Counted from the stretch's first letter, positions 44,572 through 53,040 are shown. The stretch: 64,000 nt of DNA from an uncultured Halanaerobiales bacterium (GCA_964430875.1 CAYSHP010000002.1:1750-65749); one strand, 5' to 3'. Made by a program: numbers and translations. The notes: a model not told the origin generated them from the sequence alone.

Positions 44572-45914
44572 AAATAGCAGTTGTTGGAGGTGTAGCAGCT
44601 GGTACAAGTGCTGCAGCTAAAGCAAGCAGGACTAATGAAGATGCAGAGATTGTTTTATTTGAAAAAGGGGAAGATATTTCGTATGCAGGTTGTGGACTGC
44701 CCTACTACATTTCAGAAGTAACTAAATCTAGAGGTAAAGTAGTATTAAATACACCACAAGAATTTTCAGAAAAATACGGAGTTGAAGTAAAGATAAGACA
44801 TGAGGTAACAAATATTGATAAAGATAATAAAGTAATAACCTATAAAGATTTAGAAAATGATACAAAAGGTACTTATGAATATGATAAATTAATTATAACT
44901 ACTGGTGCAAAACCAATCGTACCACCTATTGAAGGTATTGATTTAGATAATATTCAACCTCTGCGTTCTGTAAAAGATGCAGATCAAATAAAAGAGAAAA
45001 TGACAGGTGTTGAAAAAGTAACTATTGTAGGGGCCGGTTTAATTGGTCTTGAAATGGCCGAATCGTTTGCAGAATTAGATAAAGAAGTTACCGTTGTAGA
45101 GTTACAGGATAAAATATTACCACCCTTTAGTGAAGATATTACAAAATATGTTGATAATCATTTAAGAGAACAGGGTGTAAATCTCGTATTAGGGGATGGA
45201 GTAAACTCCTTTAAAGGAGAAGACTCTGTTGAACAGGTGATTACTAGTTCCGGACAAAAAATTGAAGCTGATTTTGTTTTATTATCTTTAGGTATTAAAC
45301 CAGAGGTTAGTTTAGCTAAACAAGCCGGTATTGCTATTGGTAAAACAGGGGCAATTGAGATAAATGAAAGAATGGAAACTAATGTTAAAGATATTTATGC
45401 AGCCGGTGACTGTGCAGAAACTATTAATTTGCTTACTGATGAAAGAGTCTGGGTACCAATGGGCTCAACTGCCAATAAGCAGGGTAGAATTGCCGGAGAG
45501 AATGCTGCTGATGGCGAAAACCATCACCTTGGTGTATTCCAAACTGCCATAACCAAAATATTTGATTATACAGTTGCTAAAACAGGTATTGATGAAAACG
45601 AGGCAGCTGAAAGTGGTTATGATCCAGTTGTAGTTACGATAACTGGTGCGAACCATGCTCATTATTTTCCTAATTTTAAAAAGATGAAGATCAGAGGGGT
45701 ATTTGATAAAAATACTCACCGGATATTGGGAGCTCAAATAGAAGGAGAAAGTAAGGTAGATAAAAGAATTGATGTAATATCAACAGCAATCTATAGTGAA
45801 CTTAGAGCTGAAGATTTATTCCAAATTGATTTAGCTTATGCTCCACCTTATTCTACTCCTAAAGATCCAGTAGCAGTATTAGGTATGGTAGCAGAGAAAA
45901 AATTAAATAAATAA
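44568..45914 (+). CDS. CoA-disulfide reductase / NADH oxidase family flavoprotein (single redox Cys)
   Basis: 448 aa. FAD motif VVGGVAAGTSAA, redox-Cys motif SYAGCGLPYY, second Rossmann motif IVGAGLIGLEMAE and YAAGDC. The start overlaps the upstream stop (ATGA). Confidence 0.8.
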   Translation: MKIAVVGGVAAGTSAAAKASRTNEDAEIVLFEKGEDISYAGCGLPYYISEVTKSRGKVVLNTPQEFSEKYGVEVKIRHEVTNIDKDNKVITYKDLENDTKGTYEYDKLIITTGAKPIVPPIEGIDLDNIQPLRSVKDADQIKEKMTGVEKVTIVGAGLIGLEMAESFAELDKEVTVVELQDKILPPFSEDITKYVDNHLREQGVNLVLGDGVNSFKGEDSVEQVITSSGQKIEADFVLLSLGIKPEVSLAKQAGIAIGKTGAIEINERMETNVKDIYAAGDCAETINLLTDERVWVPMGSTANKQGRIAGENAADGENHHLGVFQTAITKIFDYTVAKTGIDENEAAESGYDPVVVTITGANHAHYFPNFKKMKIRGVFDKNTHRILGAQIEGESKVDKRIDVISTAIYSELRAEDLFQIDLAYAPPYSTPKDPVAVLGMVAEKKLNK

Positions 45915-45919
45915 GCAAA

Positions 45920-45955
45920 AAATAAAGTGACCCGAATTTTTAGGTCACTTTATTT
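45920..45955. terminator. Bidirectional terminator between convergent genes
   Basis: AAATAAAGTGACC / GGTCACTTTATTT forms a perfect 13-bp stem with a 10-nt loop. It lies between the CoADR-like gene (+) and the resA-like gene (-). Confidence 0.75.
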
Positions 45956-45960
45956 AAATG

Positions 45961-46488
45961 CTATTCACTTATTAAGCCTAGCATTTGTTCATAGGTTAAT
46001 GCTCCGCTGTGCCTACTTTGAATGATGCTATTTTCATCTAAGACAAAAGTGGTCGGTATACCACGTACTAGATATTTAGCAGAACTAACTGAACCGCTTT
46101 TATCAAGTAATGTGGTAAATGAATAATTATTTTTCATTAGATAATCAAAAACTTTATCTTTGTTTTCCTGGACATTAACAGTCAAGACCCTTATTTCTTC
46201 ATTATTTTTATAAAGTTTCTGAATAGCCGGCATCTCAGCTTTACAGGGTGGACACCAACTAGCCCAGAAGTTTAAAAAGACTTTTTGACCTTGAAAGTCG
46301 TAAAGAGTTATTTCATTGTCACTCATATTTCCTAACGTAAAGTCAGGGGCTTTCATACCTACCTGAGCACCTACTTTGACATCTTCATCAGAAGCTGCCT
46401 GTAGTTCATAGTTAAAAAGTAGGGTACCAGCTGCAATTAAAACTAAAGTTAAAAACACTATTAAAGTTCTATTTTTTCTTAAAATCAT
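45961..46488 (-). CDS. Membrane-anchored thiol-disulfide oxidoreductase (TlpA/ResA family)
   Basis: 175 aa. N-terminal anchor, thioredoxin fold with WASWCPPCKAEMP. Confidence 0.85.
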   Translation of the reverse strand: MILRKNRTLIVFLTLVLIAAGTLLFNYELQAASDEDVKVGAQVGMKAPDFTLGNMSDNEITLYDFQGQKVFLNFWASWCPPCKAEMPAIQKLYKNNEEIRVLTVNVQENKDKVFDYLMKNNYSFTTLLDKSGSVSSAKYLVRGIPTTFVLDENSIIQSRHSGALTYEQMLGLISE

Positions 46489-46500
46489 TTTTTATTCCTC

Positions 46501-47190
46501 CTAAAAACCAATTATATTTAGATTATTGGTGAAAACTAAAATTCCCAGGATTATGATTAATGCCCCACTGACCATATTTATATAGTTTAAGTATTTATTC
46601 ATTTTTTTAATAGCGGGTAAAACCTTTTTAGCTGCTAAGGCAGTAATTAAAAAGGGTAGGGCAAATCCAAAGGAGTAAATTAATAATAGGAAACCTCCCG
46701 TCATTAAGTTTTGACTGTTACCTGCTAAAATTAAAATAGAAGAAAGGATCGGTCCGATACAGGGCGTCCAGGCTAAAGCTATTCCCACTCCTAAAATAAA
46801 AGATTGTAAATATTTATTAGATTTTTTGGTAATATTGAGTTTTTTCTCATAATAAAGCCACTTTAATTTAATTATCCCACTGATATGAAGTCCAAATATT
46901 ATGATGACAACCCCACTGATTTTTCTTATAATTGCCTGATTTTTCATTAGAAATCTACCTAAAAAGGTGGCAGATAGACCTAGAAGGATAAATATTATTG
47001 TAAATCCAGCAATGAAAAGCAAAGCTGGTAATATAGAATACTGTTTATCATCCTTTTTTTGATCACTGTAATCTCCCAAAAGAAAAGCTAAATAAGAAGG
47101 TATTAAAGGTAAAACACAAGGAGATAAAAATGATAAAAGTCCAGCTGAAAAAGCAATCGCAAAAGATAAATCACCTGTCATTAAATTCAC
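46501..47190 (-). CDS. ccdA: Cytochrome c biogenesis protein CcdA (DsbD-like thiol-reductant transporter)
   Basis: 229 aa with six TM helices and two conserved Cys-Pro motifs (SPCVLPLIP and TPCIGPIL). Confidence 0.88.
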   Translation of the reverse strand: MNLMTGDLSFAIAFSAGLLSFLSPCVLPLIPSYLAFLLGDYSDQKKDDKQYSILPALLFIAGFTIIFILLGLSATFLGRFLMKNQAIIRKISGVVIIIFGLHISGIIKLKWLYYEKKLNITKKSNKYLQSFILGVGIALAWTPCIGPILSSILILAGNSQNLMTGGFLLLIYSFGFALPFLITALAAKKVLPAIKKMNKYLNYINMVSGALIIILGILVFTNNLNIIGF

Positions 47191-47283
47191 CCACTTTATC
47201 TCTATATATTTGAATATTTAAATATATTTTACCATATAGTTATCTAAGTATCAATAATTTAGATAACAGCTTTGAAAAGTTAA

Positions 47284-47312
47284 TTGAATTATACTTATTA
47301 GTAAGTTATAAT
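47284..47312 (+). promoter_or_regulatory. Sigma-70-type promoter of the aminopeptidase gene
   Basis: TTGAAT (47284-47289), 17-nt spacer, TATAAT (47307-47312). Confidence 0.55.
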
Positions 47313-47351
47313 TAATTTAAGTCTTTAACAATTGATAGGAGGAAAATATAT

Positions 47352-48755
47352 ATGTCTAAAAACGATAAGAGCTATCAAGCTAAAAATGCTTGGTTAGAAA
47401 TGGAAGATGTTGAAAAAGAAGAAGTATTTGAATTTAACAAAGAATATGGACAGTTTCTCGAAGAAAACAAGACAGAAAGAGAGTTTACAGCAAGTACTGT
47501 TAAACTTTTAAAAGAAGAAGGGTTTAAAGAGATTAATGAATTAGACTCTTTAGAAGAAGGAGATAAAGTATATGGGGTAAACCGCGGTAGACAGTTAATA
47601 GCGGCAGTTATTGGTAAGAAAGAATTAAAAGAAGGTTTAAGGATTGTAGCCGGTCATATGGATTCACCCCGTATTGATTTAAAACCTAATCCATTATATG
47701 AAGAAGGTGGCTTAGCTTATCTTGGAACTCATTATTACGGAGGTATTAAAAAGTTCCAATGGGTTACAATCCCTTTAGCTTTAAGGGGAATGGTAGTTAA
47801 AGAAGATGGTAGCAAAATAGAAATAAGTATCGGTGAAAAAGAAGATGATCCTGTATTTTATATAAGTGATATTTTACCTCATTTAGGTAAAAAGCAGATG
47901 GAAAAGAAGATGAAAGAGGCCATTAATGCTCAACATCTTAACTTAGTAGTAGGAAGTATTCCTTTAAATGAAGATGAAGAAGAGGAAAATGGTAATGATA
48001 AAATAAAATCTGCCATTTTAAAACATCTAGAAGAAGAATATGATGTCACCGGTGAAGATCTGGTAAGTGCCGACTTACAGATTGTTCCCGCAGATGGCGT
48101 AAGAGATGTTGGTTTTGATAGAGCATTATTAGGTGGCTATGGACATGATGATCGAGTCTGCAGCTATACTGGTTTAAGGGCCTTACTTGACATTAATGTA
48201 CCAGAATATACGGCTGTGACCCTATTAGTTGATAAAGAAGAAATAGGAAGTATGGGTGCAACTGGTATGCAGTCAAGATTTTTTGAAAACTTTGTAGCAG
48301 AAATGTCTAGCCGCTATTATGATAGTTATAGTGACCTTGACTTAAGAGAGATTTTAGAAAACTCTAGTTCACTTTCTGGAGATGTAAATGCTGCTTTTGA
48401 TTCCAACTTTGCAGATGTATTTGATAAAAGAAATGCTGCCTTTTTAAATAAGGGAATTGTTTTAACTAAGTATACAGGAGCACGTGGTAAAGCCGGCTCC
48501 TCAGAAGCCACTGCTGAGTTTATGGCAAAGGTACGTTCTATGCTTAATAAGGCAGGCGTTATTTGGCAGGTTGCTGAACTAGGTAAAGTTGATGAAGGTG
48601 GAGGAGGAACTATTGCTCAGTTCCTTGCTAATTACAATATGGATGTATTAGATGCAGGTCCAGCTGTTTTATCTATGCACTCCCCATATGAAGTAGTAGC
48701 TAAAATAGATGTTTATAACACTTATCTTGCTTATCTAACATTCCTGGAAAAATAA
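47352..48755 (+). CDS. M18-family aminopeptidase
   Basis: 467 aa. AGHMDSPRIDLKP, GGYGHDDRVC, DKEEIGS and SMHSPYE are M18 metal-ligand regions. Confidence 0.85.
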   Translation: MSKNDKSYQAKNAWLEMEDVEKEEVFEFNKEYGQFLEENKTEREFTASTVKLLKEEGFKEINELDSLEEGDKVYGVNRGRQLIAAVIGKKELKEGLRIVAGHMDSPRIDLKPNPLYEEGGLAYLGTHYYGGIKKFQWVTIPLALRGMVVKEDGSKIEISIGEKEDDPVFYISDILPHLGKKQMEKKMKEAINAQHLNLVVGSIPLNEDEEEENGNDKIKSAILKHLEEEYDVTGEDLVSADLQIVPADGVRDVGFDRALLGGYGHDDRVCSYTGLRALLDINVPEYTAVTLLVDKEEIGSMGATGMQSRFFENFVAEMSSRYYDSYSDLDLREILENSSSLSGDVNAAFDSNFADVFDKRNAAFLNKGIVLTKYTGARGKAGSSEATAEFMAKVRSMLNKAGVIWQVAELGKVDEGGGGTIAQFLANYNMDVLDAGPAVLSMHSPYEVVAKIDVYNTYLAYLTFLEK

Positions 48756-48764
48756 CAAAAAATA

Positions 48765-48787
48765 AAGGGAGGCTTTTTGCCTCCCTT
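48765..48787 (+). terminator. Hairpin terminator candidate
   Basis: AAGGGAGGC-TTTTT-GCCTCCCTT is a perfect 9-bp GC-rich stem. The downstream U-tract is weak. Confidence 0.55.
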
Positions 48788-48810
48788 CCTAATATTCAGG
48801 GGGATTTCTA

Positions 48811-50574
48811 ATGACTAAATACAGTTTTAGTACCAAAAAATTAATAGCTTATACACTAATCATCATAGCCCTTTTAGTTGGCTATTATTATAATAATTAC
48901 AGTTTAATAGATAACTTTATTTATGATAATTATCAAAAGCTGGAGTACATATTCTCTTCTCAAAAAGAGGAAAGGCAAGTAACAATAATTAGCATAAATA
49001 ACCTTACCTATCAAAAATTAGGCGGGACACCAATTGATAGAAAATATTTTGTAGATGCTATTGAAAAACTGAGTAACGATGGAGCCAAAATGATTAGCTT
49101 TGACCTTCTTTTTGAAGAAGCTCAGTCTGCTCAGGCAGATAGTTTGATGATTGATCGGTTAAGAGATAATAAAAATATTGTAATGCCGGTCCGTATTGAT
49201 TACAGTCAGGCTGAGGAAGGTAAAGAAGCAGACTATGTGGTTGAGCAATTAAAAGCACCGCTTTCTTCTTTTAAAAATTTAGTTAAGCTCGGCCATACTA
49301 ACTTTATCAAAGATGAAGATGGCCTTATTAGAAATTTACCCCCTTTATTTATTGACAATAATACTTCCTACATACCATTAGCACGTAGGACTGCTGAATT
49401 GGCTTTAGAAGAAGAAATTACCATAACTGAAGGCAGATATTATATTAATTACATAGGACCAAGTGATAGTTTACCTCAGATACCACTTCAACATTATCTA
49501 AATGATGACTATAATCCAGAACTTATTAAAGATAAAATTGTTTTATTAGGTGTTATAGAAGGAGAGCAGAGCAATCAATTTCATTCAATTTTTAATAAAA
49601 ATAAAACTGTTAGCCGAGTTGAGATCCTATCTCAAATGACAAGCAACTATCTGCATCAAGATTACATAGAAGTAAATGAAAGAGGTAGAAATATATTAAT
49701 TGCTTTTGTAATCTTATGGTTAGTATTTTATCTTTTTGAAAAAATGCATCCCTTACGTTCATTAGCTGTCTTTACACTTATTTCAGCAATAATAATATCA
49801 CTTAACTATTTTTTAACTATACAGTTTTATTTTTTCACTGAAATATCAATATACTTAGTGGGTTTAGTTGTACTATATTTTATAAGTATTATTACTTGGT
49901 ATGAATTTAACCGCAAACGTAAATATGAAATAATCAATAAGTTAAAGCCTTACTTTTCTGATTTTCTTTTAAATAAAATTGTCCAAAATCCTGAACTTTT
50001 TAAAGATGAAGGCGATAAAACACCTGTTACGATGATGTTTTTTGAGTTTAACAACTTTAACTGGTATTCTGAGATGAATACCCCTCAGAAAGTTGTAGAA
50101 GATTTAAACCATTATTATAGAAACATTGCTAAGATTATTTTTAAATATGATGGAGTTATAGATAAATATTTAGGGGATGGAATGCTTGCTTACTGGAATA
50201 AGGGTTTTGAACAGGAGAATCACCGTAATAGAGCTGTCAAAGCCGCTATTGAGATTATGAACTATATTGAAAAAGAAAATATTGAATTAAAACCATCGAT
50301 TGCTTTAGATTCAGGAAAAGTGATTTTAGGTGATATCGGTTCAAAAGAAAGAATGGACTTTAAGGCTATTGGTAATATAGTGCATAATACAACTGAACTG
50401 GTAGAAGTAACAGAGCCTTATGAGATATTAATTGGGGAAAACACCTATTATGGTCTTTCAGATATTTACAAAAAGCTGGAATGGAAATATAAAGAAGTTG
50501 AAATCGAAGGTGTAAAAAGATCATTTGTGGTATACAGTTTAAAGGAGTTTAAGAGCTTCTCTAAGGGGGAATAG
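48811..50574 (+). CDS. CHASE2 sensor / class III nucleotidyl-cyclase-domain membrane protein (catalytic residues appear substituted)
   Basis: 587 aa. N-terminal TM, then the CHASE2 pattern (VTIISINNLTYQKLGGTPIDRKYF...GAKMISFDLLF), three TM helices and a C-terminal cyclase homology domain (VTMMFFEFNNF...KYLGDGMLAYW...GDIGSKERMDFKAIGNIVHNTTELVE). Confidence 0.8.
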   Translation: MTKYSFSTKKLIAYTLIIIALLVGYYYNNYSLIDNFIYDNYQKLEYIFSSQKEERQVTIISINNLTYQKLGGTPIDRKYFVDAIEKLSNDGAKMISFDLLFEEAQSAQADSLMIDRLRDNKNIVMPVRIDYSQAEEGKEADYVVEQLKAPLSSFKNLVKLGHTNFIKDEDGLIRNLPPLFIDNNTSYIPLARRTAELALEEEITITEGRYYINYIGPSDSLPQIPLQHYLNDDYNPELIKDKIVLLGVIEGEQSNQFHSIFNKNKTVSRVEILSQMTSNYLHQDYIEVNERGRNILIAFVILWLVFYLFEKMHPLRSLAVFTLISAIIISLNYFLTIQFYFFTEISIYLVGLVVLYFISIITWYEFNRKRKYEIINKLKPYFSDFLLNKIVQNPELFKDEGDKTPVTMMFFEFNNFNWYSEMNTPQKVVEDLNHYYRNIAKIIFKYDGVIDKYLGDGMLAYWNKGFEQENHRNRAVKAAIEIMNYIEKENIELKPSIALDSGKVILGDIGSKERMDFKAIGNIVHNTTELVEVTEPYEILIGENTYYGLSDIYKKLEWKYKEVEIEGVKRSFVVYSLKEFKSFSKGE

Positions 50575-50577
50575 TAA

Positions 50578-51201
50578 ATGAAAAAAGCCATAGTTGTTTT
50601 CTTAATCTCCCTATTACTTTTAACCACTTTTCCTACAACTTTTGCACAAGAAAAGAATGAAGAGCTTAATATAGAAATCAACAATTTAAAGGGTATCAGT
50701 TATCGTAAAACAGATCAGGGCTTTTTTGAATTTTTTAAAGTACAAGTTTGGACCAGACTTTTAGATAATGCTAATATCAAAGAGGGTGAAACACTTAAAA
50801 CTGCTCCCGATAGTATACTCACCTTAAATTTGGGGTCAAATAATATAGTGGAATTAAAGGAAAAATCTATATTAAAGATTGCAGAGTCAATATCAACTCA
50901 AGTCCAAAACCTTTCAGTACAGAAGGGTAAAGTAATTATAAATTCCAATATTAATCCTGAACAGGAATTTAATATTGAAGTTACAACTCCCAATAGTATT
51001 ATTAATGGTACACATGTCTTATTGAATGTGGAAGTTAACAAATATAGAACACTAATTTCAGTGCAACAAGGAGAAGTTACCCTTACTGAAAAAACAACCT
51101 TACAGGAAATAAACTTAATCCAGGGTCAGTTAGCCATTGTTGAAAATAATGAGATTAAAAAATATGATCCAGTTGCAATGAATGAAAACCAAAATAGTTA
51201 A
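50578..51201 (+). CDS. Secreted FecR-domain-like protein
   Basis: 207 aa. Signal peptide ending TTFA-QE, and beta-rich repeats (LKTAPDSILTLNLGSNNIVELKEKSILKI ... GTHVLLNVEV...VQQGEVTL) of the FecR/sigma-regulator type. It starts 3 nt after the cyclase gene. The domain call is from pattern memory. Confidence 0.5.
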   Translation: MKKAIVVFLISLLLLTTFPTTFAQEKNEELNIEINNLKGISYRKTDQGFFEFFKVQVWTRLLDNANIKEGETLKTAPDSILTLNLGSNNIVELKEKSILKIAESISTQVQNLSVQKGKVIINSNINPEQEFNIEVTTPNSIINGTHVLLNVEVNKYRTLISVQQGEVTLTEKTTLQEINLIQGQLAIVENNEIKKYDPVAMNENQNS

Positions 51202-51260
51202 TTTAAGTAAAAAATATTAAAATTAAGAAAAACAGGCTATTAATTCTTAGTAAATTTATA

Positions 51261-51289
51261 TTGATATTTATCTTTATTTATGGTATATT
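51261..51289 (+). promoter_or_regulatory. Sigma-70-type promoter of the c-di-GMP riboswitch leader
   Basis: TTGATA (51261-51266), 17-nt spacer, TGgTATATT (-10 at 51284-51289) with an extended -10 TG. Confidence 0.6.
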
Positions 51290-51321
51290 TTGACTAGGTG
51301 AAAGGATTTTAAAATTTCATA

Positions 51322-51402
51322 TATGAAATGTTAAAGGCAAACTAATCGTGAGATTAGGACGCAAAGCCATGGGTCTTTAAAAGACCGCCAGGTTACCATA
51401 AT
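51322..51402 (+). promoter_or_regulatory. c-di-GMP-I (GEMM-I) riboswitch
   Basis: AAGGCAAACTAATC-GTGA-GATTAGGACGCAAAGCCATGGGTCTTTAAAAGACCGCCAGGTTACCAT. It has the conserved GGCAAAC, a GNRA-capped P1b (CTAATC/GATTAG), the invariant GACGCAAAGCC and a second hairpin GGGTCT/AGACC. P1 forms between ATGTTAA (51328-51334) and TTACCAT (51393-51399). It aligns with the Vibrio Vc2 aptamer as I remember it. Confidence 0.85.
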
Positions 51403-51412
51403 TTGAGTCTAT

Positions 51413-51438
51413 GGCTATTATAAGCAATAGGCTTTTTT
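51413..51438 (+). terminator. Candidate expression-platform terminator of the c-di-GMP riboswitch
   Basis: GGCTATT / AATAGGC forms a 7-bp stem with one mismatch, followed by T6. ATGGCT (51411-51416) can alternatively pair with AGCCAT (51365-51370) inside the aptamer, suggesting a switch. Confidence 0.4.
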
Positions 51439-51531
51439 ATTTTTATAAGCAAATATTATGTGCCCTGGGAAGTAACAATTAGTTGTTTTTAATATATTTC
51501 TAGACTTTTTAACTACAAAAGGAGGAAAATC

Positions 51532-52140
51532 ATGTTAAAAAAGAGATTTTCAATTATTGCATTAACACTGGTTATGGTTTTAGTTATGGTTCCAACTATA
51601 TTTGCACAAATTGAAGGTATTAATTTTGAGGATTATGATTTGGATTTATCTGAGGATGAAAAGGCTGCGGTAGAATCTGCTCTAGAAGATGCTTATGAAA
51701 ACTATGATGAAATAACTAAAGAAGATATTTTAGAAGTATTAGAAGATTTAGAAGAAGATGCAATAGAAGATGTTGAAGAACCTGAAGAAACAGAGGAAGA
51801 AGATGGTATCGGTCAAGAATTATCTGCCTTAATTAAAGAATATAAGTTAACAGAGGAATGGAAAGAAAAAAGGGGTCAAGGTCTATCTAAAAAAATTCAT
51901 GCTTTCTTAGATGAAAATAATGTTAGAGATGAAGAGGAAGAACCAGAACAGGAACAAGACCAGGAGCAAGATACTTTAGAAGATGAAGAGGAAGTACAGA
52001 TGACAACTCAAACTCAGGAACAAAATAAAAAAACAGTTGAGGCAAAAGAAAAAGCAAAAGAGAAAAAAGATAAAGGAAAAGATAATGGCAATAAAGGAAA
52101 TTCAAAAGGTAAAGGCAAAGGCAAAGGCAAAGGCAAATAA
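51532..52140 (+). CDS. Secreted hyper-acidic protein with a lysine/glycine-repeat C-terminal tail (no recognisable family)
   Basis: 202 aa. SD AAAGGAGGA. Signal peptide ...PTIFA-QIEG, long D/E-rich body (EDLEEDAIEDVEEPEETEEEDG; DEEEEPEQEQDQEQDTLEDEEE), then KEKAKEKKDKGKDNGNKGNSKGKGKGKGKGK. Confidence 0.75.
   Translation: MLKKRFSIIALTLVMVLVMVPTIFAQIEGINFEDYDLDLSEDEKAAVESALEDAYENYDEITKEDILEVLEDLEEDAIEDVEEPEETEEEDGIGQELSALIKEYKLTEEWKEKRGQGLSKKIHAFLDENNVRDEEEEPEQEQDQEQDTLEDEEEVQMTTQTQEQNKKTVEAKEKAKEKKDKGKDNGNKGNSKGKGKGKGKGK
52105..52137 (+). repeat. Hexanucleotide tandem repeat (AAAGGY)x5 encoding (KG)n
   Basis: AAAGGT AAAGGC AAAGGC AAAGGC AAAGGC AAA lies at the 3' end of the CDS, immediately before TAA. 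Confidence 0.9.
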
Positions 52141-52173
52141 ATTAAAGATATAAATAGGGTATGATTTTAAGGT

Positions 52174-52222
52174 GGGTCAACTTCTTGAGAATATTTCTCA
52201 AGGAGGTGGCCCATTTTTATTT
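52174..52222 (+). terminator. Rho-independent terminator
   Basis: GGGTCAACTTCTTGAG / CTCAAGGAGGTGGCCC forms a 16-bp stem with G-U pairs and one mismatch, followed by ATTTTTATTTT. Confidence 0.75.
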
Positions 52223-52392
52223 TATATAGAAAAATAATATATCTATGATATTTATAATATCAGCAATTATCTAGGATTATATAAGACTAATTGATTAATT
52301 GTAAAATATTTAACTTTATTTTTCTGAGATTCTAGTATAATAGTATATGTCGAAAGTTGAAATATGCAAATTACCTAAAAGGAGTGGTCTTA

Positions 52393-53040
52393 GTGCCTAA
52401 AATTAACGAAGATGAACAACAACAGATCAGAGAACTATTTGATGGAAAAATGGAAGACGAAGTGTTTATTCAATTCTTTACATCTGACGATGAAGAATGT
52501 CAATATTGTGATGACACTGAAGAGATATTAAATGAACTTAAAGATTTATCTGACAAGATTAACCTAGAGAAAAATAAACTAGGTAATGGTAATACTGAAA
52601 AGTATGGGATAGATAGAGTTCCAGCCATCCTATTTACAGATAAAGAAGGTAATGACTCTGGTGTACATTTTTATGGAATTCCAAGTGGTCATGAATTTAA
52701 TACATTGATTGAAGGTATTGTAAGTATGTCTAATGGTCAAACTGAGCTTTCTGAAGATGTTATTGAAGAATTAAAAAATATTGAAGATGATATACTATTA
52801 CAGGTATTCATTACACCAACCTGTCCTTATTGCCCAAGAGCGGTAAAAGTAGCTCATGAAATGGCAATGCACAATCCTAAGATTAAAGGTGAAATGGTTG
52901 AAGCAATAGAATTTCCTGATTTATCAAGTAAATATGAAGTTTCAGGTGTGCCCAAGACAGTTATAAATAGTGGTAAAGCAGAACAAGTTGGTGCAGTACC
53001 TGCTAAAACCATTTTAGATAAAATTAAAACAGCTATTTAG
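52393..53040 (+). CDS. Two-domain protein disulfide oxidoreductase (PDO/glutaredoxin-like, CQYC + CPYC)
   Basis: The track ORF starts at 52357. GTG 52393 lies 8 nt after AAAGGAG. It has two thioredoxin-fold units with active sites ECQYCDD and TCPYCPRA, the same pair of motifs as the Pyrococcus furiosus PDO family. Confidence 0.8.
   Translation: MPKINEDEQQQIRELFDGKMEDEVFIQFFTSDDEECQYCDDTEEILNELKDLSDKINLEKNKLGNGNTEKYGIDRVPAILFTDKEGNDSGVHFYGIPSGHEFNTLIEGIVSMSNGQTELSEDVIEELKNIEDDILLQVFITPTCPYCPRAVKVAHEMAMHNPKIKGEMVEAIEFPDLSSKYEVSGVPKTVINSGKAEQVGAVPAKTILDKIKTAI

Noticed and set aside
47239-47267. The inverted repeat GTTATCTAA-N11-TTAGATAAC lies in the ccdA/aminopeptidase divergent region, and TGATATT-TAT-AATATCA lies at 52246-52262.
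   Set aside because: Both are AT-rich, unsupported by a recognisable regulator motif or by a second copy in the window, and could arise by chance. They are noted only as possible operators.
52105-52137. A short tandem repeat could be mistaken for a CRISPR-like or intergenic repeat array.
   Set aside because: The unit is only 6 nt, has no spacers, and lies in frame inside a CDS encoding (KG)n. It is reported as a coding microsatellite instead.
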